20,000 nt of DNA from an uncultured virus (IMG/VR IMGVR_UViG_3300046009_005838) (taxonomy: Duplodnaviria > Heunggongvirae > Uroviricota > Caudoviricetes), in IMG/VR virus record IMGVR_UViG_3300046009_005838; one strand, written 5' to 3'. Under the pieces are notes generated by a model, which saw nothing but the letters and a program-made list of their open reading frames with translations, was not told the origin of the DNA and did no database searches. How positions within the stretch are numbered: the first letter of the stretch is position 1; every line of letters begins with the position of its first letter. Both the position numbers and the translations under genes were made by a program. Positions 14,355 through 20,000 of the stretch are shown here, one piece after another.

Positions 14355-14414
14355 TTTAGGCAGATCTAAAAAAATTTTTAGACTCGTCTAAATTTATTTT
14401 TAGGCTTGTCTAAA
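14355..14414. repeat. Three 16-bp palindromes TTTAG-N6-CTAAA at 22-bp period
   Basis: TTTAGGCAGATCTAAA 14355-14370, TTTAGACTCGTCTAAA 14377-14392 and TTTAGGCTTGTCTAAA 14399-14414. Confidence 0.9.
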
Positions 14415-14596
14415 TTTTTTTACAAGGTCCTGAGAACCTGCGAACCTTTGCCAACATTATATATAAGAACCCAAAAAGTAAACGTTTATATAAATATGCA
14501 AATTAAACGCATTGATTTTCAACCACTTACAAAAATAGCCTATTTATTACTGCAATTATTTTGAGTAAGTAGTAGGATATATCAAAACAACTTTTG

Positions 14597-14605
14597 TACA
14601 TTTGC
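14597..14605 (+). promoter_or_regulatory. Rightward (early) promoter -7 element (TACATTTGC)
   Basis: TAnnTTTG 44 nt upstream of the first plus-strand ATG (14649). No clean -33 TTTG seen. Confidence 0.7.
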
Positions 14606-14648
14606 TCAACTTAAAACCAGGGCAGAAGCCCACAAAAGACCAAACAAT

Positions 14649-14816
14649 ATGAAAACATCTAGAATCTTTGCCGCATTTCTTTTCATGTACTGCCCTTGCG
14701 CCCTTTACATGATATTGACAGCCCCGAACGCGCCTACCCTTGCGCTTGTTATTTTCAGCATCATGATATTGATAGTCATGTTTTTTGCGGGCAAAATCTT
14801 AGTTAACAAATATTAA
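14649..14816 (+). CDS. Small two-TM membrane protein (55 aa)
   Basis: Manual translation MKTSRIFAAFLFMYCPCALYMILTAPNAPTLALVIFSIMILIVMFFAGKILVNKY. Variant motif AAAGACC upstream. Confidence 0.65.
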   Translation: MKTSRIFAAFLFMYCPCALYMILTAPNAPTLALVIFSIMILIVMFFAGKILVNKY

Positions 14817-14851
14817 TTTTCAACCAGGCACCCGCCACAATTCAAACGACC

Positions 14852-15172
14852 ATGATAACCACCACCACCACCACCGAAACTGTAACACCTCAACAGTTCA
14901 CAAGAGTAAACAACGACACAAACGGAAACCCCCGATATGTTATACACTTTTTAAACTTATCAAAAGATGAAGACAGGATAAGCATAAACGCTCAATATCC
15001 AGGATATTTAACAAGCACAAGCCTTTTATATTCAATAGCCTTAAAACGCGCCAAAAAGATAGGAGGAAAAAAATTTCACAACAAGCAATACGGCGGCGGC
15101 ATAGTTTTTCAATCTTACAACATACAGGCAACAGCCGACAGAATAAACGAACTACTAACAACAGGTAAATAA
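14852..15172 (+). CDS. Phage hypothetical protein (106 aa)
   Basis: AAACGACC-ATG start. FTRVNNDTNGNPRYVIHF...GGKKFHNKQYGGGIVFQSYN looks like a conserved phage early-protein motif. Confidence 0.85.
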   Translation: MITTTTTTETVTPQQFTRVNNDTNGNPRYVIHFLNLSKDEDRISINAQYPGYLTSTSLLYSIALKRAKKIGGKKFHNKQYGGGIVFQSYNIQATADRINELLTTGK

Positions 15173-15193
15173 TAACCCCCAAACAAAACGACC

Positions 15194-15592
15194 ATGAAAA
15201 CGACCAACAAACAGCACCCGATTTTTGCCTACTTAATTAACCAACTACCAACCGTTCAAGAAATTACCAACGAATACGGGCCAGAAGTTGAAGACACGAT
15301 ACAGAGCCGCCTTAATTTTGTTGTTAGAACCTTTGAGCAAGAATATTGCTACCCTGAGAACCTGAAAAGATACGGCAACAAAACGCGCACCCTTGAAAAC
15401 TGGTTCAGGGGCCTACCTTCAATCTATTCTATTGAATACAGAAACCATGCAATTTTAGAAATTGCCCAAGAAATGGGAGCGCTAAAGCCAAACGCAACCG
15501 AAGCCCAAGAACAGAAAATCCTAGACAACTGGTTTAACTTTGTCGCCGTGAAATTTGCCCAACTTTGCAAGTTTAACAAGGTAGAATTCTAA
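15194..15592 (+). CDS. Phage hypothetical protein (132 aa)
   Basis: AAACGACC-ATG start. WFRGLPS...N..IL motif. Confidence 0.85.
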   Translation: MKTTNKQHPIFAYLINQLPTVQEITNEYGPEVEDTIQSRLNFVVRTFEQEYCYPENLKRYGNKTRTLENWFRGLPSIYSIEYRNHAILEIAQEMGALKPNATEAQEQKILDNWFNFVAVKFAQLCKFNKVEF

Positions 15593-15601
15593 ATCTATTT
15601 T

Positions 15602-15649
15602 TCCCGTTAGCAACGAGCGAAGCCGGAGCGATACCGGCAGCGGGAGCCA
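15602..15649 (+). ncRNA. tRNA-like mini-helix (acceptor stem + T-arm + GCCA)
   Basis: TCCCGTT(15602-08)/AGCGGGA(15639-45) 7-bp stem, GCCGG-AGCGATA-CCGGC 5-bp stem with 7-nt loop, then G-CCA. No D or anticodon arm. Confidence 0.55.
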
Positions 15650-15663
15650 ACTAAACGACCACC

Positions 15664-15837
15664 ATGAAAAATCTAATTTTAGAACTTGCAGAAATTGCCA
15701 ACGAGCAAAGAAACAGCCTAATAATGGAAAAGCAGAACGCAACAAGCGAAGAAGCTAAAAAAGTAGTTCAATCTATGATTGATGAAGTAAACAACACCCT
15801 TGACAAAGTAAACGCGAAGTACAAAACAAACTACTAA
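15664..15837 (+). CDS. Hypothetical helical protein (57 aa)
   Basis: Manual translation MKNLILELAEIANEQRNSLIMEKQNATSEEAKKVVQSMIDEVNNTLDKVNAKYKTNY, preceded by AAACGACCACC. Confidence 0.8.
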   Translation: MKNLILELAEIANEQRNSLIMEKQNATSEEAKKVVQSMIDEVNNTLDKVNAKYKTNY

Positions 15838-15848
15838 ACGCCCTCAAC

Positions 15849-16061
15849 ATGATAACGACCACGCAACCAATTTACAACGGCCTAAGCATACGACAAATAA
15901 TTGGCCGCCTTCATCCTGAGATGATAAAACAACACCGCAAAGAATACCTGAAAAATTGTATTGAAGTTTACAAGAACGAGAAAGCCGGCACCAATCTAAC
16001 ATGGAACCAGGCCGCAAGAAATAGCAATTTCAACTTAATACTTTTTTACTTGAAATCATGA
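15849..16061 (+). CDS. Hypothetical protein (70 aa)
   Basis: ORF track. Motif lies inside the first codons. Confidence 0.8.
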   Translation: MITTTQPIYNGLSIRQIIGRLHPEMIKQHRKEYLKNCIEVYKNEKAGTNLTWNQAARNSNFNLILFYLKS

Positions 16062-16231
16062 AGACCGCCAAAGAAACGCCCTATCTTCAGTCATTAAGAA
16101 GAAGACTAAAACACGCGCAAGAACATGAAAGCCAAAGTAAAAACATTGAAGACATACAAAACAGAATTGATACATGGACAAGCAAGCCCGAAGCCGATCT
16201 AAATTTTTTTAAGTACACACCAAAAAATTGA
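16058..16231 (+). CDS. Hypothetical protein (57 aa)
   Basis: Manual translation MKTAKETPYLQSLRRRLKHAQEHESQSKNIEDIQNRIDTWTSKPEADLNFFKYTPKN. ATGA overlap. Confidence 0.7.
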   Translation: MKTAKETPYLQSLRRRLKHAQEHESQSKNIEDIQNRIDTWTSKPEADLNFFKYTPKN

Positions 16232-16235
16232 CAAC

Positions 16236-16694
16236 ATGAAAACGACCAAATTTTCAACCCTTGACTGGAAAGATAAAACAATGTTCACCGGCAAAAAAGT
16301 AACTAGTTTATTTATTGACAACATCGAAACGAATATTTATTTTTTTGAGAACGACACAGAAGCCGAAGCGAAAGCCCGCAAGACCGCCAATTTAATACAA
16401 CGCGGAGAAATTTACCCACAAGACGGAAACTGGAAATTTTTTGATATTTGCGGACACATTGAATACAAGATCGAAGCAATAGAAGAAACCGAAGAAAGCC
16501 CAGGAGCATTTAATAACCTAGTAAGCAGATCAGGCCACCCAATACCACAAGAGAAGAAACAGGAAATTATTGACAGCTTAATAGGTAAAACCGAGCACTC
16601 GCAGTGGATTAAAATGTACGACAAGAGCCTCAACAAGCTCAACAAACTTTGCATCAAATTTTACCCATACGGATACACTGTATTTTTCAAATAA
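16236..16694 (+). CDS. Hypothetical protein (152 aa)
   Basis: ORF track. The MKTT start encodes the motif. Confidence 0.8.
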   Translation: MKTTKFSTLDWKDKTMFTGKKVTSLFIDNIETNIYFFENDTEAEAKARKTANLIQRGEIYPQDGNWKFFDICGHIEYKIEAIEETEESPGAFNNLVSRSGHPIPQEKKQEIIDSLIGKTEHSQWIKMYDKSLNKLNKLCIKFYPYGYTVFFK

Positions 16695-16712
16695 CCCAAA
16701 CGACCGCAGCAC

Positions 16713-16919
16713 ATGAAAACCGAAGCAATTGAGATTGAAGACCTTTTCAACACCCCTGAGAAATTGCCCACCGAAGTACAGATCATCCTGGAAAACTTTG
16801 CAGAACGTGAGCAAACCTATGAGAACTGCCAACAGTTAGAACAAGCACTCAGGCCCCACGGCTACACTTTTAGTTGGGGCCTAGATGCAGAACCATACGA
16901 CCTAAGAAAAACAAACTAA
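16713..16919 (+). CDS. Hypothetical protein (68 aa)
   Basis: Motif upstream. DLF..PE.LP.EVQ.IL...GYTFSWGLDAEPYDLR pattern. Confidence 0.85.
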   Translation: MKTEAIEIEDLFNTPEKLPTEVQIILENFAEREQTYENCQQLEQALRPHGYTFSWGLDAEPYDLRKTN

Positions 16920-16943
16920 CAAACCACCAAAACGACCAAAGCC

Positions 16944-17144
16944 ATGATTAAAGGAGAAAAAACAAACTTTTTTACAGACGTAAAATTGCCAGTACATGCC
17001 GGAATGAAATACCAAAACGGCAAAATAATAGATTACAAAATCAAAAAAGTAGGACATGAAATTTATCGCCACTACTTTGACACCGAAGAGAAAGATTGCC
17101 AGGTAGGAAGCGAAAAGATCAAAAGAGTAATTTATTCAAATTAA
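16944..17144 (+). CDS. Hypothetical protein (66 aa)
   Basis: ORF track. Motif upstream. Confidence 0.75.
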   Translation: MIKGEKTNFFTDVKLPVHAGMKYQNGKIIDYKIKKVGHEIYRHYFDTEEKDCQVGSEKIKRVIYSN

Positions 17145-17241
17145 GCCAATCTAAGCAATCCAGACCCCGAAACCATACCAACACACCGCCCAAACAATAA
17201 AACAACGGCACAAGCCACCAAACAACCAAAAAACGACCACC

Positions 17242-17472
17242 ATGGACCAATTTATTTTAAGAGAAAATGTATTGACAGATAATACATTGATCGTAGCAAG
17301 CAAAGGAAAAATTTTCAAAGGAGGATATATTGCAATCCTAAAAGAATACACCTATCAAAACGCTTGGACTGATAAGGAAGAGATAAAAAAATTCAAAAGC
17401 AAAGAAAGACTTTTGAAATATATCAAATCATTTTACCCTGATTTCGACTTAATGGACATTGAATTAAATTAA
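17242..17472 (+). CDS. Hypothetical protein (76 aa)
   Basis: ORF track. AAACGACCACC-ATG start. Confidence 0.8.
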   Translation: MDQFILRENVLTDNTLIVASKGKIFKGGYIAILKEYTYQNAWTDKEEIKKFKSKERLLKYIKSFYPDFDLMDIELN

Positions 17473-17495
17473 ACAAACGACCAAAACCCAAACCA

Positions 17496-17672
17496 ATGAC
17501 AACGACCAACAATTTAGGAACTTACCATGATAGATGGTTCAAGACCTACAAAGGGAAAATATATAAAAACACGCCCACAGACATAAACACCGCAATAAAC
17601 AACAAGGCAATAATTGACAACACGAAGCCAGTAAAAGCTATTTTAACAATCTCAAAAACGACCAACCAATGA
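17496..17672 (+). CDS. Hypothetical protein (58 aa)
   Basis: Manual translation MTTTNNLGTYHDRWFKTYKGKIYKNTPTDINTAINNKAIIDNTKPVKAILTISKTTNQ. ATGA overlap with the next gene. Confidence 0.7.
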   Translation: MTTTNNLGTYHDRWFKTYKGKIYKNTPTDINTAINNKAIIDNTKPVKAILTISKTTNQ

Positions 17673-17974
17673 CAACCAACCACACCGCAGGACCATGGAC
17701 CTACAAAGATAGTTTTGAGCTAAATGTAATCCAAAAGAATAACCCAGAAGCCGAAGCAATTTGCGAAGTAACAGGCAACCCCGCAGAACAATTTGCCAAC
17801 GTCCGATTAATAGCAGCAGCTCCCGAACTTTTGGCAGCATTGATCGAAGCCCAAAATCTTGTTAATCTTTGCCGCCAGTATATGCCGAAATCTATAAAAA
17901 ACAGCGACCGTTTTACATTTGAGAACACCGCAGCCAACATAATCGACAAAGCCATCCAAACCGCAGTTAAATAA
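17669..17974 (+). CDS. Phage protein of the HTxGPW...ANxRLIAAAPELL type (101 aa)
   Basis: HTAGPW and ANVRLIAAAPELLAAL motifs, common in phage early regions. Function unknown. Confidence 0.85.
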   Translation: MTTNHTAGPWTYKDSFELNVIQKNNPEAEAICEVTGNPAEQFANVRLIAAAPELLAALIEAQNLVNLCRQYMPKSIKNSDRFTFENTAANIIDKAIQTAVK

Positions 17975-17995
17975 CGACCAAACCCAAACGACCAA

Positions 17996-18457
17996 ATGAA
18001 GACCTTACACGAACTTAAAGTAGCAGAAGTAGAACTAACCTACAAAAGCAAAATAAAGCCATCAGAACGCCCCAAAGTAATTAATTCAGACCAAGTAAAC
18101 GAAATATTACAGGCAGCATTTGACCAGGATAAGATAGAACACGTTGAAATGTTCTATTTATTACTACTCAACAGAGATAACAAAGTTTTAGGAGTTAAAA
18201 AAGTAAGCGAAGGCGGGACCGCCTCAACAATAGTGGACCCAAAGATCATTTTTCAGACCGCATTGAAAGCAAACGCGAGCGCAATAATTTTGTCGCATAA
18301 CCACCCCAGCGGAAACCCAAGGCCAAGCGATGCAGACAAAGCAATAACAAAACAGATAAGCGAAGGAGGAAGGATACTCAACATTTCAGTTTTGGACCAT
18401 GTAATTGTGCTACCTGAAAACAAGTTCTATTCATTTTCAGATAACCAACTAATGTAA
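17996..18457 (+). CDS. radC: RadC-like JAB/MPN domain protein (153 aa)
   Basis: E.F.LLLLNR.NKVLG...SEGG...VDPKIIF..AL...A..IILSHNHPSG...PS..D..IT......LDHVI. Confidence 0.93.
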   Translation: MKTLHELKVAEVELTYKSKIKPSERPKVINSDQVNEILQAAFDQDKIEHVEMFYLLLLNRDNKVLGVKKVSEGGTASTIVDPKIIFQTALKANASAIILSHNHPSGNPRPSDADKAITKQISEGGRILNISVLDHVIVLPENKFYSFSDNQLM

Positions 18458-18463
18458 ACGACC

Positions 18464-18652
18464 ATGACAGCAGATAAAATTAAACATTACATAGGCGAAC
18501 AAGTATTCGACCACATTTGCAGCCTTGACAAACAAAATCTGGAAACAATGAAGCGGAACATAATTTCCGACATAAACAACATAAAACACGATTCAAAAAC
18601 ACTTTTCAAGAGAACCATAGAACTTGAATTCATCAAAAACAGACTTTCTTAA
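18464..18652 (+). CDS. Hypothetical protein (62 aa)
   Basis: TAA-ACGACC-ATG junction. Confidence 0.8.
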   Translation: MTADKIKHYIGEQVFDHICSLDKQNLETMKRNIISDINNIKHDSKTLFKRTIELEFIKNRLS

Positions 18653-18659
18653 AACGACC

Positions 18660-18947
18660 ATGATAGCACAAGGATACCACCCGACCGCCAGAACTTATGC
18701 CAACGTAGAAACGCAGCAAAAGTTCAAAATGTACCAGCACCAAGATACCAAAGAATTGAAGCTGATAGACGAGCAAACGCACGAAGAAGCAAACAGTTTT
18801 TATACGTGTGCTTTCACTGATTGCGAAGTGAAACTAAATACCGGAGAGATCGTAAGCCTACGACAAGGAACATTTTTCGCACAAACCGCAGATCGGAAAG
18901 TAATTGCCAGGAAGTTCTTCATGGAAAAACGATTCAGAAAAATATAA
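18660..18947 (+). CDS. Hypothetical protein (95 aa)
   Basis: Start reassigned to the ATG directly after AAACGACC (MIAQGYHP...). Confidence 0.8.
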   Translation: MIAQGYHPTARTYANVETQQKFKMYQHQDTKELKLIDEQTHEEANSFYTCAFTDCEVKLNTGEIVSLRQGTFFAQTADRKVIARKFFMEKRFRKI

Positions 18948-18952
18948 CGACC

Positions 18953-19105
18953 ATGATAGCCTACTCAGTAACAATAGACACCGGCAAAGGACCGCAGACT
19001 TACAGGACCTTTGCCGACACCAAAGCCGAAGCAAAATCAAAAGTTTGCGCCTTCATGCAGACCGAACCAAACTCAATTCATTCAGTTAAAAAACTAAAGA
19101 ACTAA
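18953..19105 (+). CDS. Hypothetical protein (50 aa)
   Basis: Start reassigned to TAACGACC-ATG (MIAYSVTIDTGKG...). Confidence 0.8.
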   Translation: MIAYSVTIDTGKGPQTYRTFADTKAEAKSKVCAFMQTEPNSIHSVKKLKN

Positions 19106-19111
19106 ACGACC

Positions 19112-19354
19112 ATGAGCAAGAACATAACATTGACAACGCAAGGAATTAAAGGCGGCAGCGCCAAAGTTCAGAACGTAGGATATTGCCTACTTGAATTAAG
19201 ACACGACCAAGACCGCATAACCGTTGATGATTTTGAAGGAAGCGGAGCAAATTACAAGCAAAGAGAACAGCAGAAAATTCAGATCATTGAAAACGGAGCA
19301 ATTCTTTTTGAGGGAACTAAATACGAACTTTTTGAAATACTTAAAAAAGCATAA
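19112..19354 (+). CDS. Hypothetical protein (80 aa)
   Basis: TAA-ACGACC-ATG junction. Confidence 0.8.
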   Translation: MSKNITLTTQGIKGGSAKVQNVGYCLLELRHDQDRITVDDFEGSGANYKQREQQKIQIIENGAILFEGTKYELFEILKKA

Positions 19355-19355
19355 C

Positions 19356-19625
19356 ATGCAAACGACCGAACTAAGAGTAACAGACACCGCAGGAGGACAC
19401 CAATTTGCTATCGTTGATGATAGCACAGGACAAGACATTGCCCTCGTTTATAATCGTAACGAAGACAGCAGAAAGACCGCGCAACTTCTGGCAGCAGCCC
19501 CAACCATGCTAACGGAGCTGTTGCACGTATCGGAAAGAATCGGAACAGTCCGACCTGATGATGCGTTTTGCCAAGCACTAAAACAAATTATTGACCAAGC
19601 AATCCAAAAAGCCACACAGCTATGA
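19356..19625 (+). CDS. Second AAAP-motif protein (89 aa), probable paralog of 17669-17974
   Basis: Start reassigned to ATG 19356 (MQTTELR...). AQLLAAAPTML...IIDQAIQKA. Confidence 0.8.
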   Translation: MQTTELRVTDTAGGHQFAIVDDSTGQDIALVYNRNEDSRKTAQLLAAAPTMLTELLHVSERIGTVRPDDAFCQALKQIIDQAIQKATQL

Positions 19626-19852
19626 ATGCAGGAGCAAAAAGGATAAACCCAAGCGGACGGGCAAAGATTGACACCGCGAAAAACCTGATAAGATTTTCAA
19701 CATCACCGTTTGACGGTGGTGGATTCGTAAAGACTGCAATTTCAGAACTTAGAAAAGAAGGAATTGAAATAATTTACGATAAAAATAAATGCAGATACTA
19801 CAACACCAAAACAATCTCCTCAATTTGGGGATATAACACCACCAACCTATGA
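19622..19852 (+). CDS. Hypothetical protein (76 aa)
   Basis: ORF track. ATGA overlaps at both ends. Confidence 0.7.
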   Translation: MNAGAKRINPSGRAKIDTAKNLIRFSTSPFDGGGFVKTAISELRKEGIEIIYDKNKCRYYNTKTISSIWGYNTTNL

Positions 19853-19992
19853 AATCATTCATTCAATCCAGGATCCACAACCGCATAAATGCCAGGGCAG
19901 CAGCCAAGGCAAACCAATGCCAACTCTACACACATTCAGACGTGATGTTTTTACGCCAAATAAAACCAATTATAGCAGCATTAAAAGCCTGA
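19849..19992 (+). CDS. Hypothetical protein (47 aa)
   Basis: Manual translation MKSFIQSRIHNRINARAAAKANQCQLYTHSDVMFLRQIKPIIAALKA. ATGA overlap. Confidence 0.55.
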   Translation: MKSFIQSRIHNRINARAAAKANQCQLYTHSDVMFLRQIKPIIAALKA

Positions 19993-20000
19993 TATATGCC

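Larger units (their letters stand above)
13136..14596. other. Large non-coding strand-switch/control region (candidate origin, genome end or packaging region)
   Basis: No credible CDS. Divergent promoters at both ends. Contains repeats, a G4 motif and extreme strand skew. Confidence 0.6.
14845..19367 (+). repeat. Dispersed 7-mer AACGACC, 19 copies, all at gene boundaries
   Basis: Starts at 14845, 15187, 15199, 15654, 15854, 16241, 16699, 16931, 17232, 17476, 17501, 17657, 17973, 17987, 18457, 18653, 18946, 19105 and 19361. Confidence 0.95.
1..20000. mobile_element. Segment of a tailed dsDNA bacteriophage genome, probably Bacteroidota-infecting
   Basis: Portal-like gene, lysis cassette, phage-type MTase, RadC and dense small ORFs with ATGA/TAATG overlaps. 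Two divergent arms, Bacteroidota TAnnTTTG promoters, no housekeeping genes. Confidence 0.92.

Noticed and set aside
14237..14414. Phased repeats as a mini-CRISPR
   Set aside because: Periods of 22 and 30-31 bp leave 6-15 nt spacers, too short, and the repeats are degenerate.
14845..14851. AACGACC as a Shine-Dalgarno or direct 16S complement
   Set aside because: Not complementary to the CCUCC anti-SD. Only a 5-nt match (ACGAC) to the 16S 1492 region, and spacing to ATG is too variable (including zero and downstream).
14429..15364. 12-bp repeat CCTGAGAACCTG (14429-14440, 15353-15364)
   Set aside because: Only two copies, one inside a CDS, with no associated structure. Plausibly chance.
15602..15649. 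Canonical tRNA gene
   Set aside because: No D-arm or anticodon arm, and the T-loop lacks TTC. Kept only as a tRNA-like element.
14845..19367. AACGACC series as a CRISPR array or integron attC sites
   Set aside because: The repeat is only 7-8 nt, spacing is gene-sized and irregular, there are no attC-like inverted repeats, and no cas or integrase is in the window.
14940..19438. Minus-strand ORFs across the early arm
   Set aside because: Antisense to a fully tiled plus-strand gene set, and inflated by the strand skew.
19893..19905. CAGGGCAGCAGCC resembling the 14620 hairpin
   Set aside because: Explained by Arg-Ala-Ala-Ala codons within a CDS. GGCAGCAGCC also occurs in Ala codons near 19490.
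1..20000. Alternative genetic code (stop-codon reassignment as in some crAss-like phages)
   Set aside because: Genes tile densely under the standard code, with normal TAA, TGA and TAG stops and no fragmented long genes.

Overview
The window is part of a tailed dsDNA phage genome, most likely infecting a Bacteroidota host. This rests on TAnnTTTG promoters, T9SS-type cargo domains and no obvious Shine-Dalgarno use. Left arm (1-13120), almost all minus strand: a scaffold-like protein running off the left edge, one plus-strand XRE-HTH gene, a cluster of small Lys-rich proteins, a lysis cassette (holin-like, signal-bearing CHAP lysin, DUF6549-like), a ~760-aa probable portal, a DUF4406-like protein, a C5-methyltransferase-like protein and a multi-Zn-finger protein. 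Interspersed are three separately encoded, signal-peptide-bearing pieces of Bacteroidota T9SS adhesin architecture (NIDO-like, Ig/PKD-like, type-B CTD). A ~1.5 kb non-coding strand-switch region (13136-14648) holds a G-quadruplex motif, a T-depleted tract and two helically phased palindrome arrays. Right arm (14649-20000), plus strand: a dense string of about 20 small early-type genes including a RadC/JAB protein. Nearly every one has AACGACC at its start (19 copies, plus one before the minus-strand MTase), and a 48-nt tRNA-like mini-helix ending in GCCA lies between two of them. All family calls come from motif recognition by eye, not database searches.
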